Below the pieces are notes generated by a model. It saw nothing but the letters and a program-made list of their open reading frames with translations, did no database searches and had not been told where the DNA came from. This document shows positions 1-8,931 of a DNA stretch of 64,000 nt, in pieces. The position numbers and the translations under genes were made by a program. The stretch comes from Acidobacteriota bacterium (lineage in GTDB: Bacteria > Acidobacteriota > Thermoanaerobaculia > Gp7-AA8): the NCBI GenBank assembly GCA_019244185.1, contig JAFATB010000022.1:256001-320000 (forward strand), written 5' to 3'. Within the stretch, counting starts at the first letter, position 1. Each line of letters opens with the position of its first letter.

Positions 1-1
1 C

Positions 2-2323
2 GATACCGACGCGATCATGCGCATCAGTGGTGGCTCAGCCACCGTCTATGCGGGCGCCGGGATGCCGACGGGTTCGGACGATGGTGCGCTGATCCAGGCG
101 CGGTTCCTCTATCCGAGGGGCATTGCTGCCGCACCTGGCGGAGTGCTGTACGTGGTCGATGCGGAAGGACAGAACGTACGGAAGATCGCCGGCGGATTCG
201 TCTCAACGATCGCGGGTACCGCGGCGCCATCGGGCTTGTCCGGCGGCACGTGCGACACAGTTCGGTTTTCCGCGCCGATTGCCACTGTCCGGGACAGGCA
301 CGGTAATCTGTTCGTGTCCGATTTTCAGAACTCGACCATCGACAAAATCACGCCGGCCTGTCAGGTGGAAGTATTCGCCGGCCGCGCCAATCAATTCATC
401 GCTCAGGACGGCACGGGCACCGATGCGTCGTTCTGGTCTCTCGGCTCGCTCGCGATCGACGCGAATGACAATCTGTTTGTTGCTGACGGTCATGCCGTTC
501 GCAAGATCGCGCCGGATGCCGTGGTCACGACGTACGCGGGAAACCCTAATATCCCAGGTACTGCCGACGGCGATGGCGCCAGCGCGCGCTTCCATTACGT
601 GGACAGGCTTGCCGTCGATGCCGCCGGAAACGTCTTCGTCACCGATGAATCGCACCGCATCCGGAAGATCTCCACGTCACGTGACGTCAGCGTCGTTGCC
701 GGCGGCCTCAATGATCCCGGCTCCAGCGATGGAACGGGTACCGCGGCGCGGTTCGATGAACCGGCTGGACTGGCGTTCGGTCCGGACGGCGCGTTGTATG
801 TCGCCGATGCCTTCAACCGCACCATCCGGAAGGTGACGATGCCGGACGCCGTCGTCACGACGATCGCCGGCGCGCCGGAAACGATCGGTTCCGCCGATGG
901 GACTGGTGCCGATGCGCGCTTCAACCTGCCGTTTGACCTCGCTTTCGGGAGCGACGGCAATCTGTACGTTTCCGATGAGCCAGGCACGATCCGGCGGATC
1001 GCGGGGAATGTCGTAACGACGGTGGCCGGCCTCCAGGAGCAGCAGGGGAACGTCTCCGGCACGGGAAGGCTCGCGCGCCTCGGGTATGCCGGCGGACTCA
1101 CCGCTGATGCGCAGGGCAATCTTTTCATCATCGACGGTGGCGCGAAGAACATTCGGCGCGCGCAACTCCCGGGGATCGCCGACATTGCCACCGCATCGAC
1201 GACCACGCCTGCGATCCACACCGTCGTGCAACTCGGAACGGCGCCCGATAGCGCGACGAGCTGGCAGTGGAGCATCGTGCGGCGGCCCTCCGGTTCGACC
1301 GCCGAGCTTTCGTCGACGAACATTCGCAATCCCACCTTCACGCCCGATGTCGCGGACCTTTACACGCTGGTGCTACGGGCGGAAGGTCCAGCCGGCGTCC
1401 GCTACTCGAGCGTCGATCTGCTGCCCACCGATTCGTGCGGACTGATCGCATCGGTGGTGGCGACGCTCGACTCGTCCTGTCTCGGAGGCGGAGGAACGGC
1501 GACGGTCACCGTCACCGGTGGTGGCGCGGTCACGTATCAATGGGGTTGGCGTGCGATCTCCGGCGGCACGATCACGCCGCTCGCCGGCAAGACGTCCGCT
1601 ACGTACACGTTGAACGCCGCCGACTTCAGCAGCAGTACGCCCAAGTATCTCGTCGCCGTGGTGACGTCGGAATGCGGCGTCGTGACGTCGTCGAACGAGT
1701 TGCGCATCACCGCGGCCCCGTCGATCGTAATCTCCGCGAGCAGTCGCGTCTTTTCCGGGACGACGGCAAACTACGCCTCCGTGTCTACCGCCGGAGCGTC
1801 CGCGACCTACGCATGGTCGATCACCAACGGCACCATCACCGCGGGGCAGGGGACGAATCGCATCGTCTACACCGCGGGAGCGAGCGGCGAAGTCGTGCTG
1901 AGCGTGACGGTCACCGACGGCTGTCCCACGACGAGCGAGGTGCATGTGCCGGTCGTGCCGCGTCCCGCGGGTGCATCGATGCTGTATCTCGTCACGCCGT
2001 GCCGCGTGTTCGACAGCCGTAACGGCGCGCCGCTCACGAATCACAGCATTCGCACGGTCGCGATCGGAGGCTCGTGCGGCGTGCCGGTGGACGCGCGGAG
2101 CATCGCGGCGAACATCACCGTCGTCGCGCCGGCGACGACCGGATGGGTCTCGCTCTTTCCCGACGCGAACAACTGGCCGGGCACGAGCACGCTCAACTAT
2201 CGCGGCGGCAAAACGCGGGCGGGGAACGCGATCGTCAGTCTGAACGCGAGCGGACAGCTGGCGCTGAAGAACGAAGGCTCGAGTGTCAACGTGCTCATCG
2301 ATGTCACCGGCTATTTCAAGTAA
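2..2323 (+). CDS. NHL-repeat beta-propeller surface protein with Ig/PKD-like domains and C-terminal TPCR...DVTGYF domain (5' partial)
   Basis: Repeated 'ARFxxPxGLAxDxxGNLYVAD...IRKI' NHL units; ends YLVTPCRVFDSR...VLIDVTGYFK; frame is open to the window edge upstream of ATG 17. Confidence 0.85.
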   Translation, partial: DTDAIMRISGGSATVYAGAGMPTGSDDGALIQARFLYPRGIAAAPGGVLYVVDAEGQNVRKIAGGFVSTIAGTAAPSGLSGGTCDTVRFSAPIATVRDRHGNLFVSDFQNSTIDKITPACQVEVFAGRANQFIAQDGTGTDASFWSLGSLAIDANDNLFVADGHAVRKIAPDAVVTTYAGNPNIPGTADGDGASARFHYVDRLAVDAAGNVFVTDESHRIRKISTSRDVSVVAGGLNDPGSSDGTGTAARFDEPAGLAFGPDGALYVADAFNRTIRKVTMPDAVVTTIAGAPETIGSADGTGADARFNLPFDLAFGSDGNLYVSDEPGTIRRIAGNVVTTVAGLQEQQGNVSGTGRLARLGYAGGLTADAQGNLFIIDGGAKNIRRAQLPGIADIATASTTTPAIHTVVQLGTAPDSATSWQWSIVRRPSGSTAELSSTNIRNPTFTPDVADLYTLVLRAEGPAGVRYSSVDLLPTDSCGLIASVVATLDSSCLGGGGTATVTVTGGGAVTYQWGWRAISGGTITPLAGKTSATYTLNAADFSSSTPKYLVAVVTSECGVVTSSNELRITAAPSIVISASSRVFSGTTANYASVSTAGASATYAWSITNGTITAGQGTNRIVYTAGASGEVVLSVTVTDGCPTTSEVHVPVVPRPAGASMLYLVTPCRVFDSRNGAPLTNHSIRTVAIGGSCGVPVDARSIAANITVVAPATTGWVSLFPDANNWPGTSTLNYRGGKTRAGNAIVSLNASGQLALKNEGSSVNVLIDVTGYFK

Positions 2324-2341
2324 GGTGACGTCGATTCCGTT

Positions 2342-3556
2342 TTGACAGAGCCCGAGAGTCACCTCAGATCCCTCATCGCGGCCGTGCCGGTGATCGCGTA
2401 CCGCGCGGCCGCCGGCGGCATGCCGATCCTCCTCGGCCTCTTCATCGCGCACCGGTGGGGCGTGACGGAGGTGGCGCCGTTCGCGGTGGCCAACGCGATC
2501 GTGGCGGTGGCGCTGGTCGTGGCGGACTGGGGGGCAACGCGCGCGCTGCCGCGCAATCTCGCGATGCTCGCGGGTGACGCCGGCGCGCGTTTCCTCGCAT
2601 CGGCGAACGCCTTTCGTCTGCTCATCTCCGCGGCGATGGTCGTGCTCGCGGCGGTGCTCGCCGCGGCCGGCGTTATTCAGCGCGACGTCGCGATTTATCT
2701 CGCGATCCTGTTTCCGCTGTGCGTGCTCTCGCTCGTCTCGACCAACGCGCTGAGCGAGCGCATCGTCGTGCGCGACACCCGTCGCGTCGGCATCGCCGTC
2801 GGCTCCGGATTGTCGGCGTTCGCATTGCTCGCCGCGCTTGCCGTGCGCGCGCACGAAGGGCCGCGCTGGTTCGTCGCCGCGTACGTCGCCGGAAAGCTCG
2901 TCGAATCGCTCGTGATGTCTACCGGACGATGGTGGGTGCTCGCAGTGCAGTCGCACGAGCTGCGCGCGACGGCCGCGAGTCTCTGGCCATTCGGCGCGCA
3001 GATGATCCTCGGCGTGATCTATTCGCGCCTCTCCGTCTTCACCGTGGAGCACATGGCATCGCGGACGGAGCTCGGCGTCTTCTCCGTCGCGGCGGCGCTG
3101 CAGTCGGCGCTGCTGCTCATCCCCACGTCGCTCGCGCTGATCTATTTCCCCGAGATGACGCGCCTCGCGAACGACGCGCGCGGCGTGCGCACGATCCTGG
3201 TTCGATATACGATCATCTCCGCAACCGGCGTGACATGTGGATTGACGGCCTTGGGCGTGTTTGCGTCTCGTGTAACGGCTGTTCTGAAGGTGCCGCGCGC
3301 CTTCACGCCGTTCGTCGTCGCGTTCGCGGCGCTGGCGCTGCTGAGTATCTTCAGCACGATCGCCGGCTTTCTCATGCAGGCGCGCGGGCAGGAACATCGC
3401 GCCGCGCGACTCTCGATCGTGACGCTCGGACTCGCGCTCGTCTATCAGCTGACGGCGTTGCACTGGTGGGGACTTCCAGGCATCATCGCGGCCGTCGCGG
3501 CGGCGGAGCTCACCACGGTCGCGGTCTTCGGCGCGGCGTTGCGGCGCGCCGCCTGA
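2342..3556 (+). CDS. Polysaccharide flippase (Wzx/MATE-like)
   Basis: ~12 hydrophobic segments, 'ADWG' motif in the N-terminal half, position in a glycan locus. Confidence 0.7.
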   Translation: MTEPESHLRSLIAAVPVIAYRAAAGGMPILLGLFIAHRWGVTEVAPFAVANAIVAVALVVADWGATRALPRNLAMLAGDAGARFLASANAFRLLISAAMVVLAAVLAAAGVIQRDVAIYLAILFPLCVLSLVSTNALSERIVVRDTRRVGIAVGSGLSAFALLAALAVRAHEGPRWFVAAYVAGKLVESLVMSTGRWWVLAVQSHELRATAASLWPFGAQMILGVIYSRLSVFTVEHMASRTELGVFSVAAALQSALLLIPTSLALIYFPEMTRLANDARGVRTILVRYTIISATGVTCGLTALGVFASRVTAVLKVPRAFTPFVVAFAALALLSIFSTIAGFLMQARGQEHRAARLSIVTLGLALVYQLTALHWWGLPGIIAAVAAAELTTVAVFGAALRRAA

Positions 3557-3569
3557 CGAGAGGCCGCGC

Positions 3570-4214
3570 GTGACGGTCATCGACAAACGCCGCGTCCTCG
3601 AACGACCGGACGCGCTGCGCGACGTCGTCATCGAGCTCGGCTGCGGTCCGGCCAAGCGCCATCCGAACTCGATCGCCGTCGATCTGATCGATACGGACGC
3701 GGCCGACATCGTCGGCGATGCGCTCGAAGTGCTGCAACGCTTCCCCGACGCGAGCGCGCGGCTCGTGACCTCGTCGCACTTTCTCGAGCACGTCAGCGAT
3801 CCCGCGCCGCTGCTCGACGAGATGAGCCGTCTGCTCGCGCCGGGAGGCACGATCGAGATCGTGGTGCCGCATTTCTCGCATCCGTACTTTCACTCCGATC
3901 CGACGCATGCGAATCGTCTCGGCTTCGGCTTGTACACGATGTCGTATTACGCGCGCGATCCGATCTTCCGGCGGCAGGTGCCGGGCTACGTGCGCCGAGA
4001 CCGGCTCACGTTGCGCAGCGTCGATCTGCACTTCAAATCCGCGCGGCCGTTCTATGGCCGCTACGCGATCAAACGCGTCCTCGGCACACTCTTCAACTCC
4101 TGCCGCTATCTGCAGGAGCTGTGGGAAGAGAACCTCTGCTACATCTTTCCCTGCTACGAGATCCGCTACGTCCTCGGGCGCACCGACGACGTCGCGCGGC
4201 GGCGAGCCGAATGA
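3570..4214 (+). CDS. Class I SAM-dependent methyltransferase (glycan-locus type)
   Basis: ELGCG motif I, SSHFLEHV, 'RLLAPGG', DPTH motif. Confidence 0.8.
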   Translation: MTVIDKRRVLERPDALRDVVIELGCGPAKRHPNSIAVDLIDTDAADIVGDALEVLQRFPDASARLVTSSHFLEHVSDPAPLLDEMSRLLAPGGTIEIVVPHFSHPYFHSDPTHANRLGFGLYTMSYYARDPIFRRQVPGYVRRDRLTLRSVDLHFKSARPFYGRYAIKRVLGTLFNSCRYLQELWEENLCYIFPCYEIRYVLGRTDDVARRRAE

Positions 4215-5314
4215 GCGCGCCGCTGCGGATTCTCGGATTGTCCACGTACCCGGAGCACGCGGCGGCGACGCGTTACCGTCTGCTGCAGTACGTCGCGCCG
4301 CTCGCCGCTGAGGGGATCGCGCTCGACGTGCGGCCGTTTCTCACCGATCGCGTGTTCGACACGCTTTATGACCGCCGCCGCATGCTGCGTACCGCGGGTG
4401 GCATCACCGCGGGTATCGTGCGCCGCGCGTGCGACGTCACGCGTCTCGGGGCGTACGACGCCGCGTTCGTACAACGCGAGGCCGCGCTCATCGGACCGCC
4501 GTTCTTCGAATGGCTGGTGCAGCGTCGCATGCCCTTGGTTCTCGACCTCGACGACTCGACGTACATCGGGCAGCGGAGCGACGTCTTCGGCGTGGTCGCG
4601 GCGCTCCTCAAGTCGCGCAAGAAGCCGGAACGCCTCATCCGCTGGTCCGAACACGTCGTCTGCGGCAACCCGACCATCGCCGCGTACGTCGCGCAGTTCG
4701 GCGTCCCGACGACCGTGCTGCCGACGATCGTCGACGTCGCGCGATTCGTGCCGCGCGCGACGCCAGGCGACGGCGTGCCGGTCATCGGCTGGATCGGGAC
4801 GCATTCGACGTTCGCGTACTTTCGACGGCTCGTGCCGCTGCTCGAAGCGCTCGCGCGGCGCGAGCGGTTTCGCGTGCGCATCGTCGGCGCGGGCGTCGAT
4901 GATGTGCGCATCGCGGGCGTGGAGGTCGAGTCGCTGCCGTGGAAGCTCGAACGCGAGCTCGCCGACCTGCAGTCGTTCGACGTCGCCGTGTATCCGATCG
5001 CTTCCGACGCGTGGGCGGCGGGGAAGTCGGGCTTCAAGGCGATCCAGTATCTCTCCTGCGGCATTCCGTACGTCGCGTCACCGGTGGGCGTGACCGCCGA
5101 CATCGGCGTCGCCGGCGAAACGAACTTTTTCGCGACGACCGATGATGAATGGATCGATGCGCTCGCGCGGCTGCTGCGCGACGCGGAGCTGCGCGCGGCG
5201 ATGGCGCGGCGGGGGAGGGCGTACGCGGTCGAGCACTATTCGCGAGCGCGAACGGCGGAAGTGCTCGCCGGCGTCTTGCGCGCGGCTGCCGAAAAAAAAC
5301 GCAGCCGCCCGTGA
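4211..5314 (+). CDS. Glycosyltransferase family 4 (GT-B)
   Basis: ATG 4211 overlaps upstream stop (ATGA); 'DLDD', 'IGWIG', 'KSGFKAIQYLSCGIPYVASPVG' GT4 signature. Confidence 0.85.
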   Translation: MSAPLRILGLSTYPEHAAATRYRLLQYVAPLAAEGIALDVRPFLTDRVFDTLYDRRRMLRTAGGITAGIVRRACDVTRLGAYDAAFVQREAALIGPPFFEWLVQRRMPLVLDLDDSTYIGQRSDVFGVVAALLKSRKKPERLIRWSEHVVCGNPTIAAYVAQFGVPTTVLPTIVDVARFVPRATPGDGVPVIGWIGTHSTFAYFRRLVPLLEALARRERFRVRIVGAGVDDVRIAGVEVESLPWKLERELADLQSFDVAVYPIASDAWAAGKSGFKAIQYLSCGIPYVASPVGVTADIGVAGETNFFATTDDEWIDALARLLRDAELRAAMARRGRAYAVEHYSRARTAEVLAGVLRAAAEKKRSRP

Positions 5315-5325
5315 GGGCGGCTGCG
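5292..5325 (-). terminator. Intrinsic terminator for the minus-strand beta-helix gene
   Basis: 11-bp perfect stem CGCAGCCGCCC-gtga-GGGCGGCTGCG next to A8 on + (U8 on -), 24 nt past the stop at 5349. Confidence 0.8.
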
Positions 5326-5348
5326 CGGGGACTGCGGATGCCGTCGCG

Positions 5349-6287
5349 TTACTGGTTGCTAGGGACGCAGGTGCCGGTGAAGGCGCCCGGCGCGCCGCCG
5401 GTGACGCGGTTGTTCTGATACGTGCACAGCTCGCCCGAGGCGGCGCTCACGCTCGTGCCGTTGCCCTCGATGAGGGTGTTGGCGACGCGCGTGAAGGCGT
5501 TCGCGCCCGAGTTGCGGATGCCGATGCTCGCGTTGTGACCGACTTCGTCGCCGTCGAGGACGATGGTGACGCTGGCGGCGGTCGTCGACTGCGCGAACAC
5601 GCCGTCGACGGTGTTCTCGGAGACGCGGCTGCGGAAGATGCTGACGTTGCTCGCGGCGGTGCTCGAATCCTGTGCGAGGACGCCGGTCGCGTTCTTGTGG
5701 ATCGACGAGTCGAAGATCGAGACGCGCGCGATGCCGCCGGCCGCCGGCTTCACGAGGATGCCCGCGCCGCCCGCCTGCGTGATCGTCGTGCCCTGCACGA
5801 TGAGGCGCGCGAGGCTGTTCGGCTCGAAATCGATGCCCTGGCCCGAGAACTGTTCGATCGAGCAGTTCTCGACCGTCAGCGAATCACCGGCGATGAAGCG
5901 GATGCCGTTGATGCCGAGGGTCGTACCCGATCCGTCGATCAGGATGTTCCGCAGGACCACGTCGCGGTTCGTGCCGCTGGTGATGTTGATCACAAAACCG
6001 TTCGTGCCCGAGGCCAGCGCTGAGGCCAGCGTGCCGTTGCCTTCGATCGTGATCGGTTTGGTGATGGTCAGCGCACCGTACCCGCCCGGATCGAGGGCAT
6101 CGATGATGCCGCCGCTGGCGGTCTTCGAGATTGCCCCTGCGAACGTCTTGCAGGGCGCGGTGCGGCTGCACGGGTTGACGTCGTCACCGACGCCGGAGAC
6201 CCATGTTCTTGTAGCCTGTGCCTGGACGGTTGCAGGGACGACTAGCAACGCAGCCAGAAGGATGTTTTTCCATCCCGGTACTCGCAT
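5349..6287 (-). CDS. Secreted right-handed parallel beta-helix (pectin-lyase-like fold) protein
   Basis: Signal peptide ending AQA; 'TRTWVSGVGDDVNPCSRTAPCKTFAGAISKT' N-terminal motif; Asn/Gly/Ile beta-helix repeats; AGGAGG RBS upstream. Confidence 0.8.
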   Translation of the reverse strand: MRVPGWKNILLAALLVVPATVQAQATRTWVSGVGDDVNPCSRTAPCKTFAGAISKTASGGIIDALDPGGYGALTITKPITIEGNGTLASALASGTNGFVINITSGTNRDVVLRNILIDGSGTTLGINGIRFIAGDSLTVENCSIEQFSGQGIDFEPNSLARLIVQGTTITQAGGAGILVKPAAGGIARVSIFDSSIHKNATGVLAQDSSTAASNVSIFRSRVSENTVDGVFAQSTTAASVTIVLDGDEVGHNASIGIRNSGANAFTRVANTLIEGNGTSVSAASGELCTYQNNRVTGGAPGAFTGTCVPSNQ

Positions 6288-6345
6288 TCAATTCCTCCTT
6301 AGTTTTGTGGACGGAGTGAAGTATACGCTCCTTTGCGGCACGCGT

Positions 6346-6361
6346 CGTGACGCGCGTCACG
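6346..6361. promoter_or_regulatory. CRP/FNR-family-like operator CGTGA-N6-TCACG in divergent intergenic region
   Basis: Perfect 16-bp palindrome CGTGACGCGCGTCACG; minus-strand TATACT -10 at 6320-6325. Confidence 0.45.
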
Positions 6362-6418
6362 GGCCACTTCTTTTTGCTGGTAGACTGGAAAAAATTCGAC
6401 GCGCGATGCCCTGACCCC

Positions 6419-8089
6419 ATGTTCATCGACTTTCTCCGTCTGCTGGCTCTCCCTCTTGCCGGCATCGCGCTTTTCCTCCTTTACCGCTTCACGGAATCCG
6501 GCGACAGGCGGATTTCCATCCTCGTCGCCGCCGGCTTTTTGTCGCGCGCGCTCGTCGGCCAGGCGCTCTTCTGGATCTCGTATCTCCGCCTTCCGGTGGG
6601 CCGCAGTCTACAAATCGGAGAAGGGCTCTGGTTTTTTGCCCAGGACGGCGTGATGTACGCGGGAACCGCGACCGCCGCCGCCCAACACGGCCTCGACGCG
6701 ATTCTGCGCATGTTCCGCGGCACCTCGTCCGTGTCGTACGTGCAGACCCTGTCGCTCTTCACGCTGCTCTTCGGGAACGCGGTCTCGGTGTCGCTGCTCC
6801 TCAACCTCTTCTGCTATGCCGCCACGTGCGCGATCCTCGTCCGCTGGGCCGAGGCCGTGCCGTCGACGCGGCAGGCCGTGCTGCTGGCGATCGCGGCAAT
6901 CAGCCTCTCACCGGCCGGCATCCTCTGGTCGTTTCAGCCGCTCAAGGAATCGTTCTTCCAGTTTCTCGTGATCGGCTTCGTCGCTGCGTGTTTCCTCTGG
7001 CAGCGCGCGTGGCGCACCGGCGGTCCGTCCGCGAGAACGCTCCTCGGCGCGGCAGCGGCGATGTTCGCGACCTGCTATCTCGCGAGCGGCGTCCGCTGGT
7101 ACATCGGGCTGGCGCTCCTTCTCGCGGCCGCGCTCTTTCTGATGCTCGTCGCGCTCGGCGTGCGCGCGCGCAAGGTGGCTGCGTTCGCCAGCGCTCTCGT
7201 CGTCATCTTCGTGCTGACGCGCACGTTCCTCTTCGCCGCGGACGCGTACGTGCCGCCCGTGATGGCGCGCGCGCTGCGCTTCAATCTCACCTCTGCCGCC
7301 GACGTGCCGAGCGACGTCGAGCGTTACGTCGAGGCGACCCGGAGCGGTTTCGAGCGGACGGGCGGTAAGACGGCGATCCGCACGACCGCGGCGCCGCCGC
7401 CGGTACCTCCACCCACGCGCGCCTCTGTGAACGCACCGCCGAGCCCGCCCGCGGCCTTGACGCCGGTTGCAACGACTGCGGCGACGTCTACGAGGTCCAC
7501 CACGGTCGCCACGACGAGCGCGAATGCGCCGAGCCCGGTGCCCGCTCCGAAACCCGCCACACCGCCCACGACGGTGGCGACGAACGCCAAACCCGCGGTC
7601 ACCGCCACCGCGACCTCCGAGGCGAAGCCGACCGTCGTCGTTTTCTACGTCCCGCGGCGCGTTCCTGAATCGCGCGCGCGTCGTCTGCTGTCGGGCGCCG
7701 CCGCTGCCGCGCTGCCGCGCACGATCGGCGAGCGCCTCGGCCTCGTGAACATCGGCTCGAGCGCGCACGGCGCGTTCTGGCTGTTCGTCGACGTCGACAC
7801 GCTCTTCTTCGATCTGGTGCTCCTCGCCGCCGGCGCGAGCGTCTTCCTCGGATTTCGCAACGGCTGGTATCGCAACGCGCTCTTCTGGCTCGTGCTCGTG
7901 CTGACGCTCGTCACCGGCGTGCTGCTCGTCTATACGGTCACGAACTTCGGCACGCTCTTCCGCTTGCGGGCGATGATCTTCAACACGCTCGTGCTGCTCC
8001 CGCTCGCCGTCGCCACGGTTCCCGTGCGGGAGCCGGACGCGCTGCCCGAGCCGGCCGCCGGAGGAGCCCTGAGCACGGAGCAGGCTTGA
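6419..8089 (+). CDS. Polytopic membrane protein (Wzy/GT-C-like glycan polymerase candidate) with long Pro/Thr/Ala-rich loop
   Basis: Many TM segments, 'QDGVMY', 'LKES', C-terminal 'NFGTLFRLR'; low-complexity PTA loop ~7380-7630; ATG 6419 preferred over GTG 6347. Confidence 0.6.
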   Translation: MFIDFLRLLALPLAGIALFLLYRFTESGDRRISILVAAGFLSRALVGQALFWISYLRLPVGRSLQIGEGLWFFAQDGVMYAGTATAAAQHGLDAILRMFRGTSSVSYVQTLSLFTLLFGNAVSVSLLLNLFCYAATCAILVRWAEAVPSTRQAVLLAIAAISLSPAGILWSFQPLKESFFQFLVIGFVAACFLWQRAWRTGGPSARTLLGAAAAMFATCYLASGVRWYIGLALLLAAALFLMLVALGVRARKVAAFASALVVIFVLTRTFLFAADAYVPPVMARALRFNLTSAADVPSDVERYVEATRSGFERTGGKTAIRTTAAPPPVPPPTRASVNAPPSPPAALTPVATTAATSTRSTTVATTSANAPSPVPAPKPATPPTTVATNAKPAVTATATSEAKPTVVVFYVPRRVPESRARRLLSGAAAAALPRTIGERLGLVNIGSSAHGAFWLFVDVDTLFFDLVLLAAGASVFLGFRNGWYRNALFWLVLVLTLVTGVLLVYTVTNFGTLFRLRAMIFNTLVLLPLAVATVPVREPDALPEPAAGGALSTEQA

Positions 8090-8931
8090 GCGCGACCGGC
8101 GGCAACATCGACGAGCAGGTCGTCCGCGGCTTCGGCGACGAATGGACGCGCTTCGATCAGTCCGCGCTCTCCGACGCGGAGCTGCGCGCGATGTACGACC
8201 CGTACTTTGCGATCTTTTCGTGGGACGCGCTGCCGCACGACGCCGCCGGCTTCGACGCGGGCTGCGGCACCGGACGCTGGGCGCGCTTCGTCGCGCCGCG
8301 CGTCGGACGCATTCTCTGCGTCGACGCGAGCGAGGACGCGCTGAACGTCGCGCGCCGCAATCTCGCGTCATCGCGCAACGCGGAGTTCGTCCACGCGCCG
8401 ATCGAGCGCATGCCGATCGCCGATGCCTCGCTCGACTTCGGCTACTCCCTCGGTGTGCTGCATCATCTGCCCGACACCGCCGCCGCGATCCGCACGTGCG
8501 TCGCGAAGCTGAAGCCGGGCGCGCCGTTCCTCATCTATCTCTACTACGCGTTCGACAACCGGCCGCTCTGGTTCAAAGCGATCTGGCGCGCGTCGGAGCT
8601 CATCCGCACGACGGTCTCGCGCCTGCCGCACGCGCTGCGTTACGCGATCAGCCAGCTGCTCGCCGCCGTCGTGTACTGGCCGCTCGCGCGCCTCGCACGG
8701 CGCCTCGAGCGCGCGGGCAAGAACGTCGCGAACTTCCCGCTCGCGTACTACCGCGACCGCAGCTTCTACGTGATGCGCAACGACGCGCTCGACCGCTTCG
8801 GCACGAAGCTCGAGCAACGCTTCACGCGCGCGCAGATCGAACGGATGCTGCGCGACGCGGGTCTCGAGCGCATCCGCTTCAGCGATGCCGCGCCGTACTG
8901 GTGCGCGGTCGGCTTCCGCGGCGTCAGTTGA
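8086..8931 (+). CDS. Class I SAM-dependent methyltransferase
   Basis: 'GFGDEW', DAGCGTGRW motif I, 'SLGVLHHLPD', 'LKPG'. Confidence 0.85.
   Translation: MSATGGNIDEQVVRGFGDEWTRFDQSALSDAELRAMYDPYFAIFSWDALPHDAAGFDAGCGTGRWARFVAPRVGRILCVDASEDALNVARRNLASSRNAEFVHAPIERMPIADASLDFGYSLGVLHHLPDTAAAIRTCVAKLKPGAPFLIYLYYAFDNRPLWFKAIWRASELIRTTVSRLPHALRYAISQLLAAVVYWPLARLARRLERAGKNVANFPLAYYRDRSFYVMRNDALDRFGTKLEQRFTRAQIERMLRDAGLERIRFSDAAPYWCAVGFRGVS

Noticed and set aside
1373-3850. Long antisense or alternate-frame ORFs (e.g. 1373-3850, 14697-16733, 29073-30995, 38642-40732, 52626-54797)
   Set aside because: Arg/Ala-rich shadow frames expected in high-GC DNA; each overlaps a gene with clear family motifs
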